From Clostridia bacterium (GTDB taxonomy: Bacteria; Bacillota; Clostridia; Christensenellales; UBA1242): 64,000 nt of DNA. The DNA lies in assembly GCA_017444785.1 (NCBI GenBank), contig JAFSVX010000010.1:4648-68647 (forward strand). Reading direction: 5' to 3'. This document shows, piece by piece, positions 29,763-40,479 of the stretch. The position numbers were made by a program, and so were the translations under genes. The notes beneath the pieces are model-generated. The model had not been told where the DNA came from. It made no database searches and saw only the letters and a program-made list of their open reading frames with translations. Numbering within the stretch: position 1 is the first letter of the stretch; each line of letters begins with the position of its first letter.

Positions 29763-30716
29763 TTATTCTTCTCTGGCTTTCAGACTTAATCCAAGACCTT
29801 CAAGTTTATTGATAACTTCGTCAAGAGATTTACGTCCAAGATTTTTAACTTTAAGCATATCATCTTCAGTTCTGCGGATAAGATCTTCAACGATGTTGAT
29901 TCCTGCACGTTTTAAGCAGTTGTATGAACGAACTGACAAGTCCATATCCTCAATACTCATAGTCATAAGTTTGTGTACTTTATCTTCTTCACGGCTTACA
30001 AGAATTGATACATTTTCCATTGATGCAACAAGCTCAACATAAAGGTTGATGTGTTCATTCAATAATTTTGCAGCAAGACTTACAACTTCTTTACCTGAAA
30101 TTGTGCCATTTGTTGTAACATCCAAAATAAGCTTATCAAAGTCAGTGTTTTGACCTACACGAGTGTTCTCAACTTCATAAGAAGCTCTGCGAACTGGTGT
30201 GAAGATACTGTCAATAGCGATATATCCGATTGGAAGTGAAACATCTTTATTGTGGTCAGCAGAAACATAACCACGGCCTCTTCCAACCAAGATTTCCATA
30301 TCAAGAACACCATCAGCTTCAAGAGTGCAGATATACATTTGAGGGTTAAGGATTTTTACCTCATCATCTTCTTCAATGTCCGCAGCTGTAACAACGCAAG
30401 GACCTTTTTTCTTAAGATGCAAAACCTTTTTGAATGAAGGTTTAGTATCTTCAGTTTTAACAGCAAGACCTTTCATGTTTAAAACGATCTCAGTAACGTC
30501 CTCTTTAACACCTTTAACGGTTGTAAATTCATGAGAAACGCCTTCAATTTTAATGTTTGTAACAGCAGCGCCAGGAAGACTTGACAAAAGCATTCTTCTG
30601 AGAGCATTACCAATGGTAACACCAAAGCCACGCTCAAGTGGTTCCAAAACAAATTTACTTGTTACACCGCCATCTTCTTCTATACATTCAATTCTTGGTC
30701 TTTCGATTTCTAACAT
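29763..30716 (-). CDS. rpoA: DNA-directed RNA polymerase subunit alpha
   Basis: 317 aa; LERGFGVTIGNALRRMLLSSLPGAA and C-terminal LSVRSYNCLKRAGI. Confidence 0.97.
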   Translation of the reverse strand: MLEIERPRIECIEEDGGVTSKFVLEPLERGFGVTIGNALRRMLLSSLPGAAVTNIKIEGVSHEFTTVKGVKEDVTEIVLNMKGLAVKTEDTKPSFKKVLHLKKKGPCVVTAADIEEDDEVKILNPQMYICTLEADGVLDMEILVGRGRGYVSADHNKDVSLPIGYIAIDSIFTPVRRASYEVENTRVGQNTDFDKLILDVTTNGTISGKEVVSLAAKLLNEHINLYVELVASMENVSILVSREEDKVHKLMTMSIEDMDLSVRSYNCLKRAGINIVEDLIRRTEDDMLKVKNLGRKSLDEVINKLEGLGLSLKAREE

Positions 30717-30737
30717 AACATATCCTCCTTTCAGTTA

Positions 30738-31358
30738 TTACTTAGAATAAAGCTCGACAATTAAGTGCTCTTCAATGTTAAGATCAATATCATCACGTGC
30801 TGGAAGCGCTTTAACAATTCCAGACAATTTTTCGGTATCAAACTCAAGCCATTTAGGCATAACAATTCGAGATTTTCTTACAGCCTCGAAAGGAGCCTTT
30901 TTAGTTTTGTTCTCTTTTACAGAGATTGTATCGTTAACTTTAACCAAATATGAAGGTATAGTTACACGTTTTGCGTTAACACAAATGTGTCCGTGGTTAA
31001 CAAGTTGTCTTGCAGCAGCACGGCTTGTTGCAATACCCATTCTGTATACAACGTTGTCAAGTCTGCGTTCAAGCAAGCTGAGCATGTTTTCACCAGTTTT
31101 ACCTTTCATTCTTTCAGCTTCGATATAGTAGCCATGGAATTGTTTTTCCAAAAGGCCATAAGCTCTTTTAACTTTTTGTTTTTCACGAAGCTGAGTTAAA
31201 TACTCAGATGGTTTCTTTCTTGCGTTTGGATGTTGACCAGGGATAGCAGGTCTTCTTTCCATAGCACATTTCTTAGAAAGACATCTGTCGCCTTTCAAAA
31301 ATAATTTTACGCCTTCACGTCTGCAAAGTCTGCAGTCAGCATCAGTATATTTTGCCAT
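30738..31358 (-). CDS. rpsD: 30S ribosomal protein S4
   Basis: [26 protein letters not shown]...; operon position. Confidence 0.97.
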   Translation of the reverse strand: MAKYTDADCRLCRREGVKLFLKGDRCLSKKCAMERRPAIPGQHPNARKKPSEYLTQLREKQKVKRAYGLLEKQFHGYYIEAERMKGKTGENMLSLLERRLDNVVYRMGIATSRAAARQLVNHGHICVNAKRVTIPSYLVKVNDTISVKENKTKKAPFEAVRKSRIVMPKWLEFDTEKLSGIVKALPARDDIDLNIEEHLIVELYSK

Positions 31359-31369
31359 ATTCTTACTCC

Positions 31370-31762
31370 TTAAATCCTTCTACGCTTTGGTGGACGACAT
31401 CCATTGTGAGGTATTGGTGAAACATCACGAATCAAAGTTACTTCAATATCCTCAGCAGCAAGAGATCTTATAGCAGACTCACGGCCGTTACCAGGTCCCT
31501 TGATATAAACTTCAACAGATTTAATTCCAAATTCCTTAGCTTTTTTAGCAGCCTTTTCAGCAGCTTGACCTGCAGCAAAAGGAGTGCTTTTACGGTTACC
31601 ACGATATCCAAGTTCACCAGCAGAGCAAGATGCCAAAGCATTACCCTGAGTGTCAGTTATAGTGATAATAGTGTTGTTGAAAGAAGATTGAACGTGAACA
31701 ATACCCTTGTCAACATTAGTGGTTACTTTACGTTTTTTTGTTGTTTTCTTTACTTGTGCCAT
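31370..31762 (-). CDS. rpsK: 30S ribosomal protein S11
   Basis: [18 protein letters not shown]...; operon position. Confidence 0.97.
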   Translation of the reverse strand: MAQVKKTTKKRKVTTNVDKGIVHVQSSFNNTIITITDTQGNALASCSAGELGYRGNRKSTPFAAGQAAEKAAKKAKEFGIKSVEVYIKGPGNGRESAIRSLAAEDIEVTLIRDVSPIPHNGCRPPKRRRI

Positions 31763-31777
31763 TCTCTTTTATCTCCC

Positions 31778-32143
31778 TTATTTCTTCTTAACACCAGTAT
31801 TTCTTGGTCCTTTTCTTGTTCTTGCGTTGGACCTTGTTGACTGTCCTCTTACAGGAAGTCCTTTTCTGTGTCTTACACCACGGTAAGAACCAATTTCCAT
31901 AAGTGCTTTAATGTCCATGGCAACTTCACGTTTTTTGTCACCTTCAACACTTAAGTTTTTGTCAATGTATTCACGGATTTTACTTACGTCAGCCTCGGTC
32001 AAATCTTTACATCTTGTATCAGGATTAATTTTTGTTGCCTCCAAAATTTTATTAGAAGTAACTCTTCCAATTCCAAAGATGTAAGTCAAACCAATTTCAA
32101 CTCTTTTTTCGTTTGGTAAATCCACACCAGCAATACGTGCCAT
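31778..32143 (-). CDS. rpsM: 30S ribosomal protein S13
   Basis: [26 protein letters not shown]. Confidence 0.97.
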   Translation of the reverse strand: MARIAGVDLPNEKRVEIGLTYIFGIGRVTSNKILEATKINPDTRCKDLTEADVSKIREYIDKNLSVEGDKKREVAMDIKALMEIGSYRGVRHRKGLPVRGQSTRSNARTRKGPRNTGVKKK

Positions 32144-32257
32144 TTTTATCCTCCAAAGATAATATTTTAATTTTTTATTGTTTTTGATTTATTTTTACAC
32201 AGTCGGGTAAAAGTTTCCTTTTATGCCGCCCCGAGTGCGATAATTTTCGAACTTAAA

Positions 32258-32371
32258 TTAACCCTGAACTTGTTTGTGTTTAGGATTCTTACAAATAACT
32301 CTTACTTTACCTTCACGTTTGATAACTTTGCAGTTCTCACACATAGGTTTTACACTTGCTCTTACTTTCAT
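32258..32371 (-). CDS. rpmJ: 50S ribosomal protein L36 (Cys-containing form)
   Basis: Not in ORF track (37 aa). Reverse strand reads [37 protein letters not shown]; GGAGATAAGGA RBS. Confidence 0.93.
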   Translation of the reverse strand: MKVRASVKPMCENCKVIKREGKVRVICKNPKHKQVQG

Positions 32372-32397
32372 TATCCTTATCTCCTTAAAGTAAAATT

Positions 32398-32616
32398 TTA
32401 CTTACTTCTCCAAATAATTCTGCCCTTGCTCAAATCATATGGGCTCATTTCAAGTTTAACTGAATCTCCCTCATAAATATGGATATAGTTTTTCCATAGC
32501 TTACCAGACAAATATGCAGTTACCACATGACCGCCGGCAATTTGAACTTTGAATGTAGCACCGGGCATAGCCTCCACCACGGTTCCTTCTGTTACGATAA
32601 CATCATCTTTACTCAA
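32398..32616 (-). CDS. infA: Translation initiation factor IF-1
   Basis: 72 aa S1-like fold sequence; position between map and rpmJ. Confidence 0.95.
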   Translation of the reverse strand: MSKDDVIVTEGTVVEAMPGATFKVQIAGGHVVTAYLSGKLWKNYIHIYEGDSVKLEMSPYDLSKGRIIWRSK

Positions 32617-32633
32617 TGGTTTTTGCCTCCAAA

Positions 32634-33377
32634 TTAAATCATTGTTAGAATTTCGACTGAATCTGATTTGATAAGCACAGTATTTTCATAATGTGCGCTC
32701 GGTTGTCCATCCTCTGTTCTGCAATCCCAGCCATTAAGTTTGATTTTGTATGTTCCCATATTTATCATAGGCTCGATCGCAAGAGTCATACCCTCTTTCA
32801 GTTTCATACCAGTTCCTTCAGTTCCATAGTTACACACCGCTGGATCTTCGTGCATATGCGCTCCGATTCCGTGTCCAACCATTTCCCTTACAACACCATA
32901 GCCATGTTTTTCGGCATGATGCTGAATCCTGGCACCGATATCACCAAGTCTGCTTCCGTCTTTAAGGCCTTTTATTGCCTCGAAAAAGCATTCCTTAGTA
33001 ACCTCAACAAGTTTTCTTTTTTCTTCACTGACATTTCCAATCAAATATGTTCTTGTTGCGTCCGCGTGATAGCCGTCAAGGCTGAGCACGATGTCAACGC
33101 TCACGATCATACCGTCTTTAAGTATGTCAGTTGCCTTAGGTATTCCATGCACAACCACATTATCAATAGATGTGCAGATTGTGTTTGGATATCCCTGATA
33201 GTGCAAACACGATGGTTTTGCACCATGTTTAATTATATATTCATACGCAAATTTGTCAAGTTCTAGCGTAGAAATTCCTGGTTTTATGAACTTTGAAATC
33301 TCTTCAAACAGCTCTGCCAACAATTTTCCCGCCTTTCGCATCTTCTCAATTTGCGCCGGCGTCTTAATTGTTATCAT
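32634..33377 (-). CDS. map: Methionine aminopeptidase type I
   Basis: MITIKTPAQIEKMRKAG start overlaps the adk stop (TAATG); metal ligands in conserved context (D..D..H..E..E). Confidence 0.93.
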   Translation of the reverse strand: MITIKTPAQIEKMRKAGKLLAELFEEISKFIKPGISTLELDKFAYEYIIKHGAKPSCLHYQGYPNTICTSIDNVVVHGIPKATDILKDGMIVSVDIVLSLDGYHADATRTYLIGNVSEEKRKLVEVTKECFFEAIKGLKDGSRLGDIGARIQHHAEKHGYGVVREMVGHGIGAHMHEDPAVCNYGTEGTGMKLKEGMTLAIEPMINMGTYKIKLNGWDCRTEDGQPSAHYENTVLIKSDSVEILTMI

Positions 33378-34009
33378 TAGTTTTCCTTCTGGGCACAATC
33401 AAGAGCGTCAATAGCGTTTTTAAAAGTATCCATTGGATCATCCATACCTTTAACGGTTTTTAAGATACCTTTATCTTGATAATATTTGATAAGTGGTTTA
33501 GTGTTTTTCTCGTATGTTTCAAAGCGAATAGCGATTGCTTCTGGCTTATCATCATCACGAACATAAAGTTCACCACCACACTCACAAGTTGTTTCCTTGT
33601 AAGTTTTTGAGTTATAAATTTTTCCACAATCTCTGCAAGTTATTCTTCCGCTGAGTCTGTCAACAATAACGTCTTTGTCTACATCAAGGTAAAGACAAGC
33701 ATCAATGTCGGCAATATTCTCAAGAAGCTGTGCCTGTTCAATTGTTCTTGGAAATCCGTCAAGGATATATCCATTTTTTGTATCACTTTCACCAAGTCTG
33801 GCTTTAAGCATTTCAAGTACTGTTTCGGTTGATACCAAACCTCCGCTTGCCATAGTCTCCTTAATTTTGTTGCCAAATTCAGTTCCAGATGCTGCAGTTT
33901 TTCTTAAAAGATCACCAGTTGAAATTGTTGGAATATTAAGTTCATCAACAAGTTTACCTGCAAGTGTTCCTTTTCCGCTTCCTGGAGCCCCAAGTAATAC
34001 AATTTTCAT
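33377..34009 (-). CDS. adk: Adenylate kinase (Zn-lid form)
   Basis: MKIVLLGAPGSGKGT start at 34009 with GGAGAA RBS; lid CRDCG...CECGG. Confidence 0.95.
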   Translation of the reverse strand: MKIVLLGAPGSGKGTLAGKLVDELNIPTISTGDLLRKTAASGTEFGNKIKETMASGGLVSTETVLEMLKARLGESDTKNGYILDGFPRTIEQAQLLENIADIDACLYLDVDKDVIVDRLSGRITCRDCGKIYNSKTYKETTCECGGELYVRDDDKPEAIAIRFETYEKNTKPLIKYYQDKGILKTVKGMDDPMDTFKNAIDALDCAQKEN

Positions 34010-34085
34010 AAATATTCTCCTTTTATTTTGTTTTTTATAAACCGCATCTACGCCTTGGAGTGTATCCAAGGCGAGATGAAATTTA

Positions 34086-35393
34086 TTATAAGATGTTTTT
34101 ATGTCTTATTGCCATCAATCTTGAATCAAGCATAGTGTTGATTTCAATTGCGACACTTACGACAATCAGCATACCGGTTGCAGTGAATGCATTGATAAGA
34201 CCAAGCGAACCACCAGCAACATATCTGAATGCAATAGATGGAACTATTGCAATGAATGCAAGGAATACTGCTCCAAATAATGTTATTCTTCTTGATACCT
34301 TAGTTAAATAATCTGTTGTTGGTCTGCCAGGACGAATACCTGGGATAAATCCACCCTGTTGTTGAATATTTAAGCTTACATCAGCAGGATTGAATTGAAT
34401 TTGAGCATAGAAGAATGAGAAAAACAGAATGAGTAAACCAACAAGTATAGTATAGATAACACCACCAGCACCAATATAATCATAATAGAATCTTGCGAAC
34501 CAGCCGCTATCCCTTGTAACGCCACAAAGTTGCATTATAAGGTTTGGAAGTGTGATAATAGCTGTTGCGAAGATGATTGGAAGCACGCCACTTGCATTGA
34601 CTTTAAGTGGAATATATGAAGATTGACCACCATACATTTTTCTTCCCTTGATTTGTTTTGCGTATTGCACAGGAATCTTTCTCTCAGCAAGATCGAAGAA
34701 CACGATAAGTGAGAATACGATAAATGCCATTGCAAGAAAACCAAAGAGTTCCCAAATAGCACTTGTAACCCCTGCGAAGATATTTCCGATAGAGTTTGCA
34801 AGTGAAAGACCAGCAGTAGCAATGATACCAATAAAGATTATAAGTGAAAGGCCGTTGCCTACTTTTTGTTCAGTAATTCTGTCGCCAAGCCACATAGTGA
34901 ATGAAGCACCAGCAACAAGCGTTACAATAACAAACAGATATGCAAGCCATTTAAGGTTTTCACCAAATATTGGTTGAATTGAATCTTGGAAACCAAGAAC
35001 GATACCAACACCTTGTGCAATTGCAAGAACAAGAGCAACAATTTTTGTGATCATATCAATTTTCTTTTTTCCTTCATCACCTTGTTTGCTTAATCTTTCA
35101 AGAGCTGGAATACCAACAGTCAAAAGTTGCATTATGATTGATGCATTGATATAAGGTGTAACACCAAGGGCGAAGAACGCACCATTTGAAAGCGCACTAC
35201 CTGTTACCGCATTCAAAAGCGATAAGATTCCTGTTCCGTTTTCATTTGCGACAGCATCAGAATAGATTGATGCATCAAGACCAGGGACTGGCAAATAGCA
35301 TCCCAAACGATAAACCAAAAGAAGCAACAATGTAATTAAAATGTTTCTTCTTATATCTTTGTTCTTTAAAGCGCCTGCTAGTGTTTTAAACAT
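34086..35393 (-). CDS. secY: Preprotein translocase subunit SecY
   Basis: 435 aa polytopic membrane protein with conserved SecY sequence; operon position. Confidence 0.97.
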   Translation of the reverse strand: MFKTLAGALKNKDIRRNILITLLLLLVYRLGCYLPVPGLDASIYSDAVANENGTGILSLLNAVTGSALSNGAFFALGVTPYINASIIMQLLTVGIPALERLSKQGDEGKKKIDMITKIVALVLAIAQGVGIVLGFQDSIQPIFGENLKWLAYLFVIVTLVAGASFTMWLGDRITEQKVGNGLSLIIFIGIIATAGLSLANSIGNIFAGVTSAIWELFGFLAMAFIVFSLIVFFDLAERKIPVQYAKQIKGRKMYGGQSSYIPLKVNASGVLPIIFATAIITLPNLIMQLCGVTRDSGWFARFYYDYIGAGGVIYTILVGLLILFFSFFYAQIQFNPADVSLNIQQQGGFIPGIRPGRPTTDYLTKVSRRITLFGAVFLAFIAIVPSIAFRYVAGGSLGLINAFTATGMLIVVSVAIEINTMLDSRLMAIRHKNIL

Positions 35394-35836
35394 TATTTCA
35401 CCTCTACAGTTCCGCCCACAGCGTTGATTTTTTCAACAGCACTGGCAGTAAATTTTTCAGCTCTTACTGTTAATGCTTTTGTTAAAGTTCCGTTTCCAAG
35501 AACTTTAAGGCCATAAGGCTGTATCTTAGCAATAACACCTTTGCTCTTAAGCATTTCAGCAGTAACAACTGTTCCGTTATCAAATTTTTCCAAATCTGAA
35601 ACATTGATAGTTGTATACTCTTTGCGCCAATTATTTGTAAATCCACGCTTTGGAAGTTGACGGATAAGTGGCATTTGTCCACCTTCAAATCCTGGACGAA
35701 CTCCACCGCCACTTCTTGCATTTTGTCCTTTGTGACCTTTACCACTGGTTTTACCAGTGCCAGAGCCGATACCACGGCCGAGTCTTTTTGTGCCCCTTAC
35801 AGAGTTAGGAGCTGGAGACATTTGATGTAATTTCAT
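35393..35836 (-). CDS. rplO: 50S ribosomal protein L15
   Basis: [26 protein letters not shown]. Confidence 0.97.
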   Translation of the reverse strand: MKLHQMSPAPNSVRGTKRLGRGIGSGTGKTSGKGHKGQNARSGGGVRPGFEGGQMPLIRQLPKRGFTNNWRKEYTTINVSDLEKFDNGTVVTAEMLKSKGVIAKIQPYGLKVLGNGTLTKALTVRAEKFTASAVEKINAVGGTVEVK

Positions 35837-35837
35837 A

Positions 35838-36275
35838 TTAGTTCTCCTTTACGCTTGTAAATTCAACAAGGTGTTTTACTACGAAAATCATACCTCTTGT
35901 GCAAGCGTTATCTGGTTTAACGGTCTCACTTCCGATTTTTGTAAGTCCAAGAGCAGCAACTGTTTTTTGTTGTTTCTCAAGTCTGCCACTTACACTTTTA
36001 ACAAGCTTAATCTTAAGCATAGGACCTTTAACTTTCTTTTCTGCTTTAGGTGCTGCAGCTTTAACTTCTGCTTTAACCTCTTCAGCAACAGTTTTAACTA
36101 CTGGAGTTTCAACAACTTCTTCCTTAGCAGCAGTTGTCTTTTTTACTGCAGGTTTTGTTGCAGCTGCCTTTGCTGTTGTTTTCTTAGCAGCTTCAGTCTT
36201 AGGAGCAGCTTTCTTAGCAGGAGCTTTTGCTGTTGTTGTTTTTGCTTTTGTAGCTGTAGTTTTTGTTTCTGCCAT
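35838..36275 (-). CDS. rpmD: 50S ribosomal protein L30 with 85-aa Lys/Ala/Thr-rich N-terminal extension
   Basis: C-terminal 60 aa ([26 protein letters not shown]...) is L30. The long form starts at an ATG with a GGAGGAAG RBS, 11 nt after the rpsE stop. Confidence 0.85.
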   Translation of the reverse strand: MAETKTTATKAKTTTAKAPAKKAAPKTEAAKKTTAKAAATKPAVKKTTAAKEEVVETPVVKTVAEEVKAEVKAAAPKAEKKVKGPMLKIKLVKSVSGRLEKQQKTVAALGLTKIGSETVKPDNACTRGMIFVVKHLVEFTSVKEN

Positions 36276-36286
36276 GATGCTTCCTC

Positions 36287-36913
36287 CTATCTGATTTCCT
36301 CTATGGCTTTACCACGAAGAGCAGCGATTTTTTCAGCACTTCTGAGTTTCATAAGTCCATCAAAAGTTGCTTTAACACTGTTCACTGGATTGTTTGAGCC
36401 ATAAAGTTTTGTTGTAATATCTTTAATTCCGGCAAGTTCCACAACATCACGAACTTTACCACCGGCGATAACACCATTACCTTCCTTAGCTGGCATCAAG
36501 ATAACTCTTGTTGTCTCGAACTGACCAACCACTTCATGAGGTATTGTTGTTCCGTTTAATGCAATGTCAACCATATGACGTTTAGCATCAACACTTGCCT
36601 TTTCAATAGCAAGAGTAACTTCAGTAGCTTTGCCCATACCAACGCCAACTCTTCCCTTTTTGTCTCCGGCAACGACAACTGCGTTGAAACGCATTTTACG
36701 TCCGCCTTTAACAGTTTTGGAAATACGGTTTACATTAACCATTTTCTTGTCAATTCCGTCACTTACTTTCTCGCCTCTGCCTTCACGTTTGCCTCTTGGA
36801 CCTCTTTGACCATTTTTATTGAATTTTCTTTCATTTTTGTTTGCTGGTTCGCTTGTTTCTGTATTTTCTACAGTCTCAACAGCTTCAACAGTTGCTATAA
36901 TTTCTTCTGCCAT
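36287..36913 (-). CDS. rpsE: 30S ribosomal protein S5 (208 aa, extended N-terminus)
   Basis: VNRISKTVKGGRKMRFNAVVVAGD core; acidic/basic N-terminal extension of about 45 aa. Confidence 0.95.
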   Translation of the reverse strand: MAEEIIATVEAVETVENTETSEPANKNERKFNKNGQRGPRGKREGRGEKVSDGIDKKMVNVNRISKTVKGGRKMRFNAVVVAGDKKGRVGVGMGKATEVTLAIEKASVDAKRHMVDIALNGTTIPHEVVGQFETTRVILMPAKEGNGVIAGGKVRDVVELAGIKDITTKLYGSNNPVNSVKATFDGLMKLRSAEKIAALRGKAIEEIR

Positions 36914-36922
36914 AAATACCTC

Positions 36923-37291
36923 CTAAAACTCCAAACCAGCTGATCTTGCGCCTTCAGCAAGACTCTGAACGCGACCGGTGTAAATATATCCACCACGATC
37001 AAAAACGACTTGTTTTACTTTTGCTTTTGCAGCTTTCTTAGCGATTGCTTCACCAACTACATAAGCTTGTTCTTTCTTATTTTTACCTTCAAGTTTAGAA
37101 GCAAGTTCTTTATCCAAAGTACTTGCGGAGCAGAGTGTTTTTCCAGTGGAATCATCAATAACTTGAACATAAATATTTGCAACTGATCTGTAAACATTAA
37201 GTCTTGGTTTTTCAGTTGTTCCAACCAAAGTATGTCTTATACGATCATGTTTTGCTTTTCTTAATTTATTTTTATCTTCCTTTTTAAACAT
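36923..37291 (-). CDS. rplR: 50S ribosomal protein L18
   Basis: [18 protein letters not shown]... Confidence 0.97.
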   Translation of the reverse strand: MFKKEDKNKLRKAKHDRIRHTLVGTTEKPRLNVYRSVANIYVQVIDDSTGKTLCSASTLDKELASKLEGKNKKEQAYVVGEAIAKKAAKAKVKQVVFDRGGYIYTGRVQSLAEGARSAGLEF

Positions 37292-37305
37292 ACGTCTTCT
37301 CCTTA

Positions 37306-37860
37306 TTACTTCTTACCTTTCTTAACTTCTTTCAAGTGAACAGGCTCGCTTGTGTAGTGTATGCCATATCCATGGTATGGTTCGATAGGTTTGATTGCTT
37401 TAATATCAGCAGCAAACTGACCAACCTTTTCCTTATCAATACCTGAAACCAAGATTTCAAGTGCAGAAGGACAAGTTACTGTCAAACCTTCTGGAATGGT
37501 AACGTTTACTGGATGAGAAAGTCCAAGGCTCATTGTAAGTTTGTTGCCAGCTACAGAAACTTTGTAACCAACGCCATCAACTGTCAATGACTTAGAGTAT
37601 CCTTCAGTAACACCTTTAACCATGTTTGCGATTAAAGCTCTGTATAAACCATGTTTAGCTTTTGTTTCATTTTCTTCGTTATCACGAGTGAGGATAACTG
37701 CAGGTTTACCAGCATGTTCACCTTTTGTTAATTTGATTGAAGGAGCAATCCACTGACGAAGTGTTCCCTTAGGTCCAGCAACGATAACAGTGCCATCAGT
37801 TGTTTGATCTACAGTAACATTTGCAGGGAGTTCAACAGGTAATCTACCAATACGACTCAT
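37306..37860 (-). CDS. rplF: 50S ribosomal protein L6
   Basis: [17 protein letters not shown]. Confidence 0.97.
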   Translation of the reverse strand: MSRIGRLPVELPANVTVDQTTDGTVIVAGPKGTLRQWIAPSIKLTKGEHAGKPAVILTRDNEENETKAKHGLYRALIANMVKGVTEGYSKSLTVDGVGYKVSVAGNKLTMSLGLSHPVNVTIPEGLTVTCPSALEILVSGIDKEKVGQFAADIKAIKPIEPYHGYGIHYTSEPVHLKEVKKGKK

Positions 37861-37871
37861 AATTCTCCTCC

Positions 37872-38270
37872 TTACCAGATATAGGCAAGCACTTCGCCGC
37901 CGATACCAAGTTTTCTGGCATTTTTATCAGTCATAACACCCTTAGATGTGCTGATTATGGCAATACCGAGGCCACCGAGAACTTTAGGGAGTTCTTCTGC
38001 ACCGGCATAGATTCTCAAGCCTGGGGTTGAGATTCTTTTTAAACCGGTAATAACTTTTTCTTTCTTTGGTCCATATTTTAAATTGATTACAAGATTTGTA
38101 AACTTGCCATCATTAACCTCTTCGAAAGAAGAGATATAACCTTCATCAAGTAAGATTTGTGCAATATCCTTTTTCATACGTGAGGTCTGCATAGAAACAC
38201 TATCTTTTCTTGTTACTTGGGCGTTTCTTATTCTTGTAAGCATATCTGCAATAGGGTCTGTTGTTAACAT
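37872..38270 (-). CDS. rpsH: 30S ribosomal protein S8
   Basis: [13 protein letters not shown]. Confidence 0.97.
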   Translation of the reverse strand: MLTTDPIADMLTRIRNAQVTRKDSVSMQTSRMKKDIAQILLDEGYISSFEEVNDGKFTNLVINLKYGPKKEKVITGLKRISTPGLRIYAGAEELPKVLGGLGIAIISTSKGVMTDKNARKLGIGGEVLAYIW

Positions 38271-38289
38271 ATTCGTTGTCCTCCTTATC

Positions 38290-38475
38290 CTACCAACTAG
38301 ATTTCTTTACGCCAGGTATTTGACCTTTATACGCAAGATCTCTGAAACAGATTCTGCAGATACCATATTTTCTGAGAACTGCATGAGGTCTGCCACAGAT
38401 TGAACATCTTGTGTATTCACGCGTTGAAAATTTTTGTTGTTTTTGTTGTTTGTTTATCATAGATTTCTTAGCCAT
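38290..38475 (-). CDS. rpsN: 30S ribosomal protein S14, short Zn-binding (type Z) form
   Basis: 61 aa; [20 protein letters not shown]. Confidence 0.95.
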   Translation of the reverse strand: MAKKSMINKQQKQQKFSTREYTRCSICGRPHAVLRKYGICRICFRDLAYKGQIPGVKKSSW

Positions 38476-38492
38476 ATCTATCTCCTTCCGCC

Positions 38493-39035
38493 TTACGCCT
38501 TGAATGGCATGCCCATGTATTTAAGAAGGGCTCTTGCCTCATCATCAGTTTTTGCAGTTGTAATAAATGCAACGTCAAAACCACGGATCTTCTCAATTTT
38601 ATCATAGACAATTTCAGGGAATATAAGTTGTTCTTTTACACCATAGGCATAGTTTCCTCTTCCGTCAAAAGAAGATGGATTAAGGCCTCTAAAGTCACGA
38701 ACTCTTGGAAGAGCGATTGCCATGAATTTATCCATAAACTCATACATTCTTGTTCCACGAAGAGTAACCTTAGCACCTATTTTCATGTTTTGTCTTACTT
38801 TGAAGTTTGCGACACTTTTCTTAGCAGTTGTAACAATTGGTTTTTGACCAGCGATAACTGCAAGTTCATCAACAGCAAGGTTGAAGCTTTTGCTGTTGTC
38901 TTTAACATCACCAAGTCCCATGTTAAGCACGATTTTATCAAGCTTTGGAACTTCATTGACGTTTTTATAACCAAACTCTTTGACAAGTGCTGGCACTACT
39001 TCATTTTTATATTTTTCTTTAAGTCTGTTTGCCAT
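38493..39035 (-). CDS. rplE: 50S ribosomal protein L5
   Basis: 180 aa; [15 protein letters not shown]... Confidence 0.97.
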   Translation of the reverse strand: MANRLKEKYKNEVVPALVKEFGYKNVNEVPKLDKIVLNMGLGDVKDNSKSFNLAVDELAVIAGQKPIVTTAKKSVANFKVRQNMKIGAKVTLRGTRMYEFMDKFMAIALPRVRDFRGLNPSSFDGRGNYAYGVKEQLIFPEIVYDKIEKIRGFDVAFITTAKTDDEARALLKYMGMPFKA

Positions 39036-39038
39036 AAA

Positions 39039-39548
39039 TTACACTCCTCTCTGAGATTTTCTTGCTGCAGTAGGTTTTGCTGCTTCCTTATTAACTGAGG
39101 TTGCTTTAACCTTTTTCTCTGCAGTTTTCTTAACAGCTTCTGGTTTCTCTGCCTTTGCTTTCTCAGCTTTTTCAGCCTTTACTTCTTCAGCTGTTTGTTT
39201 CTTTATTTTCTTGGTTTCTTTAACAAATTTTTTGTCAAGAGATGCACCACATTTGCAAATTCTTACGTTTTTGCCTTCTTCATTGATCATGTGTTTAACT
39301 CTTGTAGCTTTGCCACATACAGGACAAACTACCATAACATTTGAAACATCGATAGAGCCTTCTTTCTTAACAATAGAGCTTTTTTCTTGAGCTTTTCTTG
39401 CTTTTTGATGACGACTTACAATGTTTACGCCCTCAACAACAATTCTGTTTTTAGAAGGATTAACACTTAAAACTTTTCCTTGTTTTCCAGCGTCTTTACC
39501 AGTTATAACAACAACGGTATCGCCAGTTTTTACGTTCAAATTTTTCAT
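39039..39548 (-). CDS. rplX: 50S ribosomal protein L24 with Cys4 cluster and Lys/Ala/Glu-rich C-terminal tail (169 aa)
   Basis: KOW head VKTGDTVVVITGKDAGKQGKV; CPVCG...CKC; about 60-aa low-complexity tail. Confidence 0.9.
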   Translation of the reverse strand: MKNLNVKTGDTVVVITGKDAGKQGKVLSVNPSKNRIVVEGVNIVSRHQKARKAQEKSSIVKKEGSIDVSNVMVVCPVCGKATRVKHMINEEGKNVRICKCGASLDKKFVKETKKIKKQTAEEVKAEKAEKAKAEKPEAVKKTAEKKVKATSVNKEAAKPTAARKSQRGV

Positions 39549-39558
39549 AAGTATCCTC

Positions 39559-39927
39559 CTAAATTACTTCTGGCGCAAGTGAAATGATTTTCATGTAATC
39601 TTTATCACGAAGTTCACGTGCGATAGGCCCAAAGATACGAGTTCCTCTTGGTTGCTTTTGGTTATCAATGATAACTGCAGCATTGTCATCAAATCTTATA
39701 TGACTTCCATCAGGACGACGAATACCTTTGCTTGTTCGAACGATGACAGCCTTAACGACATCACCTTTCTTAACGTTTCCGCCAGGAGTTGCAACTTTTA
39801 CAGAAGCGATAATAACATCACCAATGTTACCACTTCTTCTGAAAGAACCGCCAAGAACACGGATACACATAATTTCTTTAGCACCAGTGTTATCAGCAAC
39901 CTTTAATCTTGTTTGTGGTTGAATCAT
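39559..39927 (-). CDS. rplN: 50S ribosomal protein L14
   Basis: [27 protein letters not shown]. Confidence 0.97.
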   Translation of the reverse strand: MIQPQTRLKVADNTGAKEIMCIRVLGGSFRRSGNIGDVIIASVKVATPGGNVKKGDVVKAVIVRTSKGIRRPDGSHIRFDDNAAVIIDNQKQPRGTRIFGPIARELRDKDYMKIISLAPEVI

Positions 39928-39945
39928 AATACTCGCTCCTTTAAG

Positions 39946-40218
39946 TTACTTAACTTTTTCAACGATTCTAACTAAGCGCCATCTTTTGCTTTTGCTAAGA
40001 GGACGTGTTTCAGCGATTTCGACTGTATCACCGATATCACATTCGTTTTTCTCGTCATGAGCAACGAACTTAGTTGTTTCGTTAATTGTCTTTTTATAGA
40101 TTGGGTGTTTAACTTTTGTATGCACCTCTACAACAATTGTCTTGTCCATTTTATTTGATGAAACAATACCAATTCTTGTTTTTCTTAAACTTCTTTCTTT
40201 GCTTTCAACATTTGCCAT
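39946..40218 (-). CDS. rpsQ: 30S ribosomal protein S17
   Basis: [21 protein letters not shown]. Confidence 0.95.
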   Translation of the reverse strand: MANVESKERSLRKTRIGIVSSNKMDKTIVVEVHTKVKHPIYKKTINETTKFVAHDEKNECDIGDTVEIAETRPLSKSKRWRLVRIVEKVK

Positions 40219-40227
40219 AACTCACCT

Positions 40228-40479
40228 TTAACCTCTAACCTTTTTGGTTACTTTTTTAGTCTCAGCAGGAGCTGGACTAGTCTTAGCAATCCCAAGTTCT
40301 CTTTCACGAATGACAGTTTTAACTTGAGCAATATTTCTTTTGCAAGCACGAAGAGCAAGAGGATTTGTTAAGTTACCAGTAGCATGTGTGAATCTTAAGT
40401 TGAAAAGTTCAGCTTTGAGATCACTGAGCTTTGTTGCAAGCTCTTTATCAGTCATTGACGCATAGTTCTCTGATTTCAT
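40228..40479 (-). CDS. rpmC: 50S ribosomal protein L29 (83 aa, C-terminal extension)
   Basis: [13 protein letters not shown] core; extra roughly 18 aa at the C-terminus. Confidence 0.93.
   Translation of the reverse strand: MKSENYASMTDKELATKLSDLKAELFNLRFTHATGNLTNPLALRACKRNIAQVKTVIRERELGIAKTSPAPAETKKVTKKVRG

Noticed and set aside
32144-32257. Structured rpmJ-rpsM intergenic segment as an S4-binding alpha-operon regulatory element
   Set aside because: A hairpin can be drawn (CGGCATAAAAG...CTTTTACCCG on the minus strand). I cannot match it to the known E. coli or Bacillus S4 sites from sequence alone, so it is not reported as a feature.
35871-36404. 177-aa and 131-aa plus-strand ORFs overlapping rpmD
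   Set aside because: They are antisense reading frames through the low-complexity Lys/Ala-coding region (GCN/AAR repeats stay open in several frames). They give Cys/Phe/Ser-rich nonsense products with no RBS.
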